A DNA stretch of 60,442 nt. It comes from Acidaminococcales bacterium. GTDB taxonomy: Bacteria > Bacillota > Negativicutes > Acidaminococcales > JAISLQ01. Positions 48,266-57,072 of the stretch are shown here, one piece after another; within the stretch, counting starts at the first letter, position 1, and each line of letters starts with the position of its first letter. The stretch covers positions 1 through 60,442 of the forward strand of contig JAISLQ010000012.1 of assembly GCA_031290885.1 (NCBI GenBank), in the 5' to 3' direction. The translations under genes were made by a program, and so were the position numbers. The notes under the pieces were generated by a model that had not been told where the DNA came from, did no database searches, and worked only from the letters and a program-made list of their open reading frames with translations.

Positions 48266-49293
48266 TTGTGTTTTTTTGCATACTTTTCCTGGCATTCTCC
48301 TTCGTCTGGCCGTTTATCGGCGGCTGGCGCGAAATGCACGTGAGAAATGACGCCATACCGCTTTTCATCAACATGGATTACCTGAAGGATCCGCGCTATT
48401 TCGCCATATCTTTCCGGCGGTTCTTTAAAAATTTCCTCAACGACGAAGATTTGCGGGCCGGCATGTATGAATTGAAGTTTTCCAAACCGGAGAAGGTATG
48501 CGTGCTGGAAAATACTGTCATATCGCCGGAGCGGACGCTGGATGTCATTGCCTACGCGCGGCGCGACCTTGTAACGGAAAGAGGCGTGGCCTTTGAGAAG
48601 GAAGTCTATGTTCGCGGCAATGCCGCCATCGGCCCAAACAACGACCTGCGCGCTTTGGTTTGCGACGGCGACGTCTCTTTGGCGGGAAACACCGTTTTGC
48701 GCCGCTGGCTGGACGCCGAAGGCAACATCAGGGCCGGCGGGGGCTGCAATCTGGGCGTGAGCCTGACCAGCGGCAAAAAATGCCTGATAGCCGCCGGCTG
48801 TGTGTTCCGCCGCCTTTACGGCGCGCCCGTCCAAACGGGGACGAGCCGGAAAAAAAACTTTGCGCTCACGGCGGCCATCCGGGATGAGGACGAGCGGGTG
48901 TTTCCCCCGCCCCCCCTCGATGCCAAGGAGCGGCAGGTGGGGGAAATCTGGCCTTATACCAACACCCACTACAGCGTAATTACCCCCAATAGTCTTTGCG
49001 TCGGCTCCAATAGCCGTATCCTTGGGCATATCAAAACTTACGGCAACCTCAATATTGACGACAATGTGCTGATTACCGGCAATGTTTTCGCCGAAGGCGA
49101 TATTGCCATAGGCGTTTTTTGCAAAATATTGGGCGACATATTCGCCCAAGGCAGCGTCAGCATAGGCGAAGGATCGCAGGTGGGGCGTCCGGGAAAGGTC
49201 AAGTCGGTCGTCGGCAACCAAGCGGTGTTTTTGTCTTCAGGCGCCGTCGTTTATGGCTATGTTACCACGGAAGGCGATGGGCGCGCCTTATGA
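48262..49293 (+). CDS. membrane-anchored beta-helix protein (bactofilin / polymer-forming-like repeats)
   Basis: N-terminal TM, then GNAAIG, GDVSL, GNIRAG, GHIKTYGNLNI, GNVFAEGDIAIG, GDIFAQGSVSIG repeats; ATGA-coupled on both sides. Confidence 0.65.
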   Translation: MIVFFCILFLAFSFVWPFIGGWREMHVRNDAIPLFINMDYLKDPRYFAISFRRFFKNFLNDEDLRAGMYELKFSKPEKVCVLENTVISPERTLDVIAYARRDLVTERGVAFEKEVYVRGNAAIGPNNDLRALVCDGDVSLAGNTVLRRWLDAEGNIRAGGGCNLGVSLTSGKKCLIAAGCVFRRLYGAPVQTGTSRKKNFALTAAIRDEDERVFPPPPLDAKERQVGEIWPYTNTHYSVITPNSLCVGSNSRILGHIKTYGNLNIDDNVLITGNVFAEGDIAIGVFCKILGDIFAQGSVSIGEGSQVGRPGKVKSVVGNQAVFLSSGAVVYGYVTTEGDGRAL

Positions 49294-51374
49294 CCAAACT
49301 TTTGAGCGCCCTGCTTTTGGCATCCATTGTAGCGCTTCTGGCGTACGCCGTCCCCAACTACTATAAGCTGAAAGATATCGCCGCCGACAATTCGTTGCGC
49401 GCGCTCGTTGTTTACAACGAGGAGAGCCTGGAAAAAGACGGGTATATCTTAAAGGCATACCAAAGCGTGCTGGCGGAGGAAGGCGTTCCGCATAAAGCTA
49501 TCGAGGTATTTGATTTGCTCAACATGGAGCCGGGCAACATGGCCGCCGTCGTGCCGGCGCTGATCTTCCCGGACGGCATCATGCAGGTTGTGCCTTCGGA
49601 ATTTATCGAGTGGATAAAAACATACATGAACGAAGGCGGCAACGTGGCCGTAATCTATGATGCCGGCACCAAGCACGGCCGGGGATTTTTTGAAAAAAAG
49701 GCTGTTTTCGCGGATATTACCGGCTTAAACTACATTCTGACCGATAAATTGGAGTACGATTTGTTGGAAAAAGGACAGATTGTCTTTACATCGGCCGAAC
49801 GGCGCGACGCTTTTCAGATCCCTTTGGGGAAAACTTTGGGAGGGCGGGTTCTCAGCAGTTATTTTTTCGGCGCTTTGGAGTATCCTGTCTATATGAACGA
49901 AAGGACGCGCCAAATACCGGACAAAGACATTTACGCCGAGGCTTTTATTACCGGGACCGAACAAAAAATACCGGCGATCGTCCTTGCCGGCTACGGCAAG
50001 GGGCAAGTCCTGTACGTCAACCTGCCGCTTGGCCAGGCAAAGGCGAGAGGGGACGACCTGCCGCTCAGGGCCTCCCTGCGCGCCTTCTTGTTTGACGCCG
50101 TGGGCATGCCGCACATCATGAACGTGGAAGGCGGCAAGGGGACGCTCTTGATCAACTGGCACGTGGATTCCCGGCAGGAAATATACAACCTGCCCAAACT
50201 TTTCGACACGCCGATTTTCGCCAAGGAACTCCAAGCCACCTACCATATAACCGCCGGCGATTTTTTGAACTGGGAAGGGGACGATGGCGGCTTCTTCGTC
50301 CGGGAAAGGGGGCGCGCCCTGACGGAAGAGATGGCGGAGCGGGGAGAAGTCGGCTCGCACGGCGGCTGGGCGCACAATTGGTTTTCTTTGCTCCTGATGG
50401 ACGGCCGATTGAGCAAAGACGCTATAAAGAAACATATCAAGGACAACAACGACGACATTGAGGCGGTTACCGGGCAAAAGGTTACTTCCTATTCCGCGCC
50501 CAACGGCGTGCATCCGCAGCCGCTTTTGACCAACATAATAAAAGACTTGGGCATCATTGCCTACTACTACACGGGCGACACGGGCAGCGCCCCGCACCGG
50601 GCCTTTTTCGGCGATGAGATGATCAGCCCGCGCGTGGTCGCCTTCCCCATAATGCCTTTCGGCCGGGCGGCGTCTTTATGGGAAATGTATGATAAATACG
50701 AACTGCCTTTTGAGGAAATAAATTATTTTTACCACAATCTCCTCGACTATTTGGAAAAAAACAAGAGCGCGCGCCTTATTTACTCGCATCCGGTCGACAT
50801 AGTGGATGAATATATCCAGTTAATGTCGGATTTTTCCCAGGATGCCATTGACCGCGCGGCCGCAGGCAGGCTCAGGCTTTCCGGCATGAGCGAATACAGC
50901 CGCTTCTTCTTGCGCATGCTCAACACCGAATATAGTTTTGCCATTGAAGGCCCGGCGTTGAAAATCTCCCTGGCCAATCCCGAAAGCCTGCGAGGGATAA
51001 CCTTTGCCGTCCCCAAAAACAAATACAGCTATAGTTACCCGAAGCAGCGGCCAAATGTTTCCCTCCCCCGCCAACAAAGGCCGAGGCCGGGAAGTTCCTG
51101 GAGCTACCAGTGGCGCGGCCGCCACTATTATCGCTTAGGGCCTGACGGCAAGCCGCTTGTCGAAGCGTACGGCCAAGAAGAAGGGCCGGACGGGGAAAGC
51201 TTTGCGGAAACGGCAACCGATCCCGCGCCAAGGCTGGAAGAATCCGCGGCGCAGGACGGGGAAGGCGCAGCGCGGGCAGAACCCGGCGTATCGGTCGCCG
51301 AAGACGAAAAATACTACTATATAACTATAAACGACGACAGCAAGGAGAAGCTTTTCGCGATGGCAGCAAAATGA
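49290..51374 (+). CDS. polysaccharide deacetylase, PelA/Agd3-like architecture, copy 1 (catalytic motifs intact)
   Basis: N-terminal signal/TM, alpha/beta domain, then WHVDS, GSHGGWAH, YSAPNG, LIYSHP (NodB-like motifs); start moved to MTKLL. Confidence 0.8.
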   Translation: MTKLLSALLLASIVALLAYAVPNYYKLKDIAADNSLRALVVYNEESLEKDGYILKAYQSVLAEEGVPHKAIEVFDLLNMEPGNMAAVVPALIFPDGIMQVVPSEFIEWIKTYMNEGGNVAVIYDAGTKHGRGFFEKKAVFADITGLNYILTDKLEYDLLEKGQIVFTSAERRDAFQIPLGKTLGGRVLSSYFFGALEYPVYMNERTRQIPDKDIYAEAFITGTEQKIPAIVLAGYGKGQVLYVNLPLGQAKARGDDLPLRASLRAFLFDAVGMPHIMNVEGGKGTLLINWHVDSRQEIYNLPKLFDTPIFAKELQATYHITAGDFLNWEGDDGGFFVRERGRALTEEMAERGEVGSHGGWAHNWFSLLLMDGRLSKDAIKKHIKDNNDDIEAVTGQKVTSYSAPNGVHPQPLLTNIIKDLGIIAYYYTGDTGSAPHRAFFGDEMISPRVVAFPIMPFGRAASLWEMYDKYELPFEEINYFYHNLLDYLEKNKSARLIYSHPVDIVDEYIQLMSDFSQDAIDRAAAGRLRLSGMSEYSRFFLRMLNTEYSFAIEGPALKISLANPESLRGITFAVPKNKYSYSYPKQRPNVSLPRQQRPRPGSSWSYQWRGRHYYRLGPDGKPLVEAYGQEEGPDGESFAETATDPAPRLEESAAQDGEGAARAEPGVSVAEDEKYYYITINDDSKEKLFAMAAK

Positions 51375-52324
51375 ACGTCACGGCTTGTTTTCGGCAAAAT
51401 AAAAACGCGGCCAAAGGCCGGATCCTTCTGGCGCTGCTGCTGGCGGCTATTTTGTTCCCTTTCCCGGCGGCGGCCGAAGGGGCGGACGACAGGCACCCCG
51501 CCATAACGCTGATGGGCTATTATGACAAGGAATGGCCGCGCATGGACTTCTTTGAGCCGCACGCGGTATCCCTCCTCGCCCTCAATGAATTGGAAAACGG
51601 CCGCCATTTCAAAGAAGTAAAGGTTTTCCTCAAATGGTATTTTTCCCACCTCAATTATCCCGACAAACACGGCTTTACCGGCACGATTTATGATTATGAG
51701 TTCAAATGGGGGAAGGAACAGGCCACCAGAAAATACTCGTCCATAAACGCTTACGCCGGGCGGTTTCTCTATCTTCTGGCCCGATACGCCGAAATTACCG
51801 GCGACAAGGCTTTTATCGCCAAAAACATCAAAAAAATCAATGACATTGCTTATACAATAGTCGTCCTGATTGACAAAGACGGCCTGACGCGCAGCCTGCC
51901 CACCATTGACCTGAAAAGGCTCACGGACAACTGCGAAGCCTACGGAGGCCTTAAAGCCTACGGGCGCCTGCTCCTTTACGCGAAAGCCAAAACCCCGCCT
52001 TTTTTGCCAATCGTATTGGAAGGCCTGGCGGCCGCCATAGCGGCCCTTTATGACCCGAAAGAAAATACTTTCGCCCAAAGCGTGCTGGACGGGCGGACGA
52101 AGGCGGCGCCCTGGGCGGACTGCCCGGGCGCGTTCGCGCAGCTTTATGCCGTCTTTTACGGCCTGCTGGACGGCGATCCGGAACTGGCGGAAGAATTTTG
52201 GTATAATTTCAATCTGGCCCACGCCGAAAGCATGGGCCGCGCCGCCCTGCCGGAAAAGCTGTTCTACCTTCTTACGGAAAAAAAGGCGGGCGTACGTTAT
52301 ATTGAACACGCTATTTTAAAATAA
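51371..52324 (+). CDS. secreted (alpha/alpha)6-barrel glycoside-hydrolase-like protein, copy 1 (acidic residues substituted)
   Basis: Signal peptide; WYFSHLNYPD, FLYLLARYAEITGD, DNCEAYGG; clear paralog of 55966-56871. Confidence 0.6.
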   Translation: MNVTACFRQNKNAAKGRILLALLLAAILFPFPAAAEGADDRHPAITLMGYYDKEWPRMDFFEPHAVSLLALNELENGRHFKEVKVFLKWYFSHLNYPDKHGFTGTIYDYEFKWGKEQATRKYSSINAYAGRFLYLLARYAEITGDKAFIAKNIKKINDIAYTIVVLIDKDGLTRSLPTIDLKRLTDNCEAYGGLKAYGRLLLYAKAKTPPFLPIVLEGLAAAIAALYDPKENTFAQSVLDGRTKAAPWADCPGAFAQLYAVFYGLLDGDPELAEEFWYNFNLAHAESMGRAALPEKLFYLLTEKKAGVRYIEHAILK

Positions 52325-52367
52325 TCTTTCATGGGGTATAATAGAAAGCTGGAAAGGATGATGCGCC

Positions 52368-54125
52368 ATGTTCAAGAAGATTCTGCCGGCAGCCCTTTTG
52401 TCCGCCTTGCCTGCCCTCTCCGCCGTCTACGCCGCTACGGCGATTGATGCGCCGATAGCCGCGCGCGACACGGCGGAGGCGATAAGGGAGGAAGCGAAAA
52501 GCCTTCTGGCAACGGAAAAATATGACCACGAGCTTAGAAATTCCATAAAAGAGATGGATCGGCAGATCCGCGATTTAAAGGGGCGTTTGCCGGCTGCCCG
52601 CGCCAACCTTGACGCCGCAAGCGGCACTATGTCGTCGGTCAGTTTGGGCAGAGAAGAAATTGAGCGGGAACTGGCAGACGCGCAGCGGCGTTTCGACGAG
52701 GCGAGGGCGGAAACTGACGCCTGGCAAGCCAGCCTGGTCGAGGCAGAGGAGCGGGTGTCCGATGCCCGGTCTCATTTGGAGTCCATGCGGGATTTTGGGC
52801 GCAGGTCCCGGCGGCCGGAGGACGATTATAAAGTTTCTAAGGCGGAAGAAAGAATGCAAGCCGCCGAAGAAAACCGCGATGCAATCGCCATGGAGCACGC
52901 CCACGCCGAAATCCGCATGGCGGAAGCGCAGGCAGACTTGGAAAAATATGCGGACATGCGCGACAAATTAAACGATGCGGGCCCTCTTTACGAAGACGCG
53001 CGGATCGTTCTCGCCGATCTGGAAAGGGACATAGAACTTCTCGAGAACGAACGGGCGGCGGCCGCCGCCCGTCTGGATGAAGCGCGCCGCCCGGCTAAAA
53101 TCGGCGACCGCCGCTGGCAATATGCCATGGCCGACATGGAATATTACAGCTGGAAGGATTCCCGGCAGCACAAAGGGCGCCAGCTCTATCTGCCGGTGCA
53201 GTACGGCTACGTTGACGGCGCTCTCAGTTACGGCGTCAGCGGCGGCTATATAAGCTCCGACAGCAACCTGCCAAATGGCAAGGTATCTACCTTAGATGAC
53301 GTTACGCTTTCTTTCGCCTACGAAAAAATATATAAAAATTTTGAGGCCGTTTATACCCTGGCGGTAAACACGCCTACGGGAAAAAGGACTTTGTACGGCT
53401 CCAACGCGGTCATGCCCGAAGATCTTGTGCGCAAGCCGCGTTTCGGCGAAGGCTGGAACTTCACCCCCGGCGTGTTGCTCAGCTGGCGCGTCAAACCGGA
53501 AGACACTTGGAGCTTAGGGCTTAATTATTCCATCAACGGCAGGTACCGCTACGACAGCAGCATCCCGGGCGGCTATACCCATCCGGCCAACGGCCTCGGC
53601 GTCATGGGCCGCTACAAGCACGCCGGGGCAACCGACCAGTTTGTCGGCGAACTTTATTTCACAGGCTACACCCATGCGAAAGACAACGGGGTAAAATACC
53701 GTTCGGGCAGCCAGATCGAGCCGCATTTGCTTTACAACCGCGTGCTGGACGGCAAAAACGACCTCATGTTTTATTACTGGTTCTCGCGAAGCGGCGCGCC
53801 CAGTTCCCGCGACCCCGGTTTTGTTCCGGGCCGTGCTTCCAACGCGCATTTTTTCGGTACCATGTGGAGCAGGAAACTCAACGCCAAAAGCACTTTGCAT
53901 ATCACCGCCGACTACATGAAACGCACGGGCATCCCGTACGATCCGCTTACTAATTACTCCGCCCTGCCCGACCACAACAAATTTACCTACGGCGTAAAAT
54001 ACGACTACCGCCTGAATTCCGACAGCAAAATATCCCTGCACCTGCAACGCTTTAACCTGCGCGACAGCGGCGGCAACAAATACAGAGGGAACAATGTCTA
54101 TGTGTTTTACAGCGTGTATTGGTAA
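52368..54125 (+). CDS. outer-membrane beta-barrel with a long N-terminal coiled coil
   Basis: Signal peptide; about 240 aa Ala/Glu/Arg helical segment; alternating aromatic beta-strand pattern; ends VYVFYSVYW (beta-signal). Confidence 0.75.
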   Translation: MFKKILPAALLSALPALSAVYAATAIDAPIAARDTAEAIREEAKSLLATEKYDHELRNSIKEMDRQIRDLKGRLPAARANLDAASGTMSSVSLGREEIERELADAQRRFDEARAETDAWQASLVEAEERVSDARSHLESMRDFGRRSRRPEDDYKVSKAEERMQAAEENRDAIAMEHAHAEIRMAEAQADLEKYADMRDKLNDAGPLYEDARIVLADLERDIELLENERAAAAARLDEARRPAKIGDRRWQYAMADMEYYSWKDSRQHKGRQLYLPVQYGYVDGALSYGVSGGYISSDSNLPNGKVSTLDDVTLSFAYEKIYKNFEAVYTLAVNTPTGKRTLYGSNAVMPEDLVRKPRFGEGWNFTPGVLLSWRVKPEDTWSLGLNYSINGRYRYDSSIPGGYTHPANGLGVMGRYKHAGATDQFVGELYFTGYTHAKDNGVKYRSGSQIEPHLLYNRVLDGKNDLMFYYWFSRSGAPSSRDPGFVPGRASNAHFFGTMWSRKLNAKSTLHITADYMKRTGIPYDPLTNYSALPDHNKFTYGVKYDYRLNSDSKISLHLQRFNLRDSGGNKYRGNNVYVFYSVYW

Positions 54126-54149
54126 CGAAACCATCGCCGCTATGCGCCG

Positions 54150-56003
54150 ATGAAGAAACTGCTCGTTTTTCCCTGCTTGCTCCTATTGGCGGCCGCCGCT
54201 TACTTCGGGCCGGTTGCCTACACCAGATGGCTGTGGTCGCAAGACAGGGAAATGTCCGCCTTTCTTTTGTACAACCCCAAAGATCTGGAAGCGGCCGCCT
54301 ACATCGCCGAAGCTTACACGAGCGTGCTTGAAGAGGAAGGGGTTGCCCTGCGCAAAATCGAAGCGGGCGAAATAGTGCGCCTTGACGCCTCCAAGCTCGC
54401 CGGCCGCATACCGGCGCTCATTCTGCCCGATGGCATTCTGCAGGCGACGCCCGGCGGTTTTGCCGCCTGGGTGGACGAATATTTGGCCGCCGGCGGCAAT
54501 GTCGCCGTAGTATACGACGTGGGGACGAAGAATTCACGGGGCAGGTTTCGGGAACGCGCGGAACTGGCTGACATTGCCGGGCTCAATTACATCATGCCCA
54601 GTATAAAGGGCAGGCATCCTTATGTGTCCGCCAAAATACAATTTGCCGCCAAAGCCGATTGGGATTTTTTCCAATGCACTCCCGGCCGGGACATGCTGGA
54701 CTTTACTTTGAACGGCCTAAACGGGGATGCAGCCAAATACAGCGTAGCTTACAACAAAATCATCAGGGAATCCGTCAGGGGGGACATCCGCGCCTGGGCG
54801 GTTACGGACGCGGGGGAGAAATTGCCCGTCCTTGTCCTTTCCGACTATAAAAAAGGCAAGGTGCTTTACGTCAACCTGCCGCTCGGCCATTTGAAAGCTA
54901 CCTCCGACGACATGACCATCCGCTCGGTCATGCGAGCCTTCCTTTTCGACGTCGCCTTCATGCCGCGCCTAATCAATGTTGAGGACGGCATCGGCGGCTT
55001 GGTGCTCAATTTGCATTTTTCCCTGCGCATGGATGATGAAGATCTGCAAGCGCACATAGAACGCGGCTTTTTAAACGACAAGGTCCCTGTTTCCATTCAC
55101 ATCGCCGCTGCGGACTATCTGGAGGCGCCGGGCGATGGTTTGGGCTTTGACGCGGCCGGGCATGGGCGGGAACAGGTCAGGATATTGTCAGGCTATGGCA
55201 GAATAGGGTCTTTGGGCGGCATGGCCAACAACTGGTTTGCCGCCAAAGTGGAAAGCGCCGCGTTCGGCGCGCTGGAAATAAAAGAAAACATAGCCGCCAA
55301 CAATAAGATATTGGAGGAGATAACCGGCTATAAAATTACGGAGTATTCCGCGCCGGCCGGAGTGCACCCGCAGCCGGCCATGACCAGGGCGCTGGAGGAG
55401 TTGGGCATGACCGGTTATTCATACGCCTATGAGCTTTCCGCCGCGCCCAACCGCACTTTCGTCAACCGGCGCCGCATCAGCGGCAAGGCAATCGCCTTTC
55501 CGCAGTTAAGTTACCACCGTTACCGTTCTTTGTGGGAACTTTATTTTGTGAGCGGAAGCAACAACGACTATTTTGAAGAACCGCTCAACCGTTGGCTGCA
55601 AGATGAACTATTGCCCTATCTTGCGCGCCACAAGACGGTCAGGACCCTGGTGATACGAGAACACAACATGTTCGCTTTCCCCACGGCGCTGAAAAACCTC
55701 ATGGAATCTCTGGCGGGCGAGCCGGGCGCGGAAAAAGTGGCGGCGCTGACCATGAGCGGGTACGCCGATTTTTTGCTGCGCTTTTTAAAGACGGAATACA
55801 CCTTTACCCAAAACACGGAAGGGCTGGCGCTTGACTTGAAAAATCCGGAGGCGCTGCGGGGGATCGTGCTCGCCCTGCCCAAAGCCAAATACGGCAAGCC
55901 GCCAGGCGACGGCCTTGCCGTTTCCGAAGACGAAAAATGTTATTATGTAAAGGTGGAAAACCCTGATGCAAAAGAAAAAATTATTAATATCCCTTTTAGT
56001 TAG
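54150..56003 (+). CDS. polysaccharide deacetylase paralog, copy 2 (metal ligands lost)
   Basis: Colinear with 49290-51374 (KGKVLYVNLPLG, YSAPAGVHPQP) but LHFS, GSLGGMAN and VIRE at the motif positions. Confidence 0.75.
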   Translation: MKKLLVFPCLLLLAAAAYFGPVAYTRWLWSQDREMSAFLLYNPKDLEAAAYIAEAYTSVLEEEGVALRKIEAGEIVRLDASKLAGRIPALILPDGILQATPGGFAAWVDEYLAAGGNVAVVYDVGTKNSRGRFRERAELADIAGLNYIMPSIKGRHPYVSAKIQFAAKADWDFFQCTPGRDMLDFTLNGLNGDAAKYSVAYNKIIRESVRGDIRAWAVTDAGEKLPVLVLSDYKKGKVLYVNLPLGHLKATSDDMTIRSVMRAFLFDVAFMPRLINVEDGIGGLVLNLHFSLRMDDEDLQAHIERGFLNDKVPVSIHIAAADYLEAPGDGLGFDAAGHGREQVRILSGYGRIGSLGGMANNWFAAKVESAAFGALEIKENIAANNKILEEITGYKITEYSAPAGVHPQPAMTRALEELGMTGYSYAYELSAAPNRTFVNRRRISGKAIAFPQLSYHRYRSLWELYFVSGSNNDYFEEPLNRWLQDELLPYLARHKTVRTLVIREHNMFAFPTALKNLMESLAGEPGAEKVAALTMSGYADFLLRFLKTEYTFTQNTEGLALDLKNPEALRGIVLALPKAKYGKPPGDGLAVSEDEKCYYVKVENPDAKEKIINIPFS

Positions 56004-56871
56004 CCTGGCCGCTTTTGGCCGACTGTCCGCCGCCGCCCACCCAGCTGACGACGTCATTGGCTCTTACGCCGGCGAGCTCTCTTACGCCGGCCAAATCGAG
56101 CCTTACATAACCGGCCTTTTTGCCCTCAGCGCGTTGGAACATGGACGCGACGCGGACAAGGTGCGGGCTTTCATCGAATGGTATTTCGCTAACCTCAACT
56201 ATCCCGACCGCTACAACATCAACGCCACCATCTATGTTTATGAAAGGGACGGGGAAGATCTCTCCCCAAGTTACGCCTATGATTCCATTGACGGCTATTC
56301 CGGCCTTTTCCTTCACCTTCTGCTGCGGTATGCAAAAGCTACGGGCGATCTGTCCATAGTGTCCGATAATTGGCAAAAAGTGGAAGACACGGCCTATACC
56401 ATTGCGCTTTTGCAGGAAGGGGACGGCCTGACCATCGCGCTCATCACGACCAACCAGAAATATCTTATGGACAATTGCGAGGCTTACGGCGGCATATCGG
56501 CCTATATAGAGCTTCGCAAGCTGATGGGCCTGCCGCCGAGCCCTTCCTACGAAAACATCCGCGCCGGCATCAAGCGCGGCATAATGAAACGGATGTACCG
56601 GAAAAAAGATCGGATTTTTGTCCACACGATTGAGAACGACATTGTCGAGGATGCCGATTGGAACACTTATTACCCGGACGCTTATGCGCAGCTTTTCCCG
56701 ATCTATTACGACCTGCTTGAGGACAACCCGGATTTAGCCAAACAGCTTTGGCGCTATTTTTCCGAAAAGCACGCCGCCAACGAAAATTCTTTCCCGGTCG
56801 AACAGCGCGCCATGTTTCAGTTGACCAGAAACAAGGCGCGGGCGAAATATCCGGACCTGTTCCCTAAATAG
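55966..56871 (+). CDS. secreted (alpha/alpha)6-barrel glycoside-hydrolase-like protein, copy 2 (acidic motifs intact)
   Basis: Signal peptide; WYFANLNYPD, YDSIDGY, YLMDNCEAY, YYPDAYAQLF. Confidence 0.65.
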   Translation: MQKKKLLISLLVSLAAFGRLSAAAHPADDVIGSYAGELSYAGQIEPYITGLFALSALEHGRDADKVRAFIEWYFANLNYPDRYNINATIYVYERDGEDLSPSYAYDSIDGYSGLFLHLLLRYAKATGDLSIVSDNWQKVEDTAYTIALLQEGDGLTIALITTNQKYLMDNCEAYGGISAYIELRKLMGLPPSPSYENIRAGIKRGIMKRMYRKKDRIFVHTIENDIVEDADWNTYYPDAYAQLFPIYYDLLEDNPDLAKQLWRYFSEKHAANENSFPVEQRAMFQLTRNKARAKYPDLFPK

Positions 56872-57072
56872 GATCCGTCAACGCTATCCGAAACATTCAG
56901 ATTTCGAGCGAATTTTTCGTCAGGCGCGGCGCAAAACGCAGGCGAATCCCTATGTTAAGCGCGGCTTTAGCGCAAAGCGCGGCGGGAAACTATCCAAAAG
57001 ATGGGCGTTGGACGGCAGTGTTTACGGCCTAACCCGGCATCTATGCCAAACCAATAAAAAGAGGTGCTTTTT

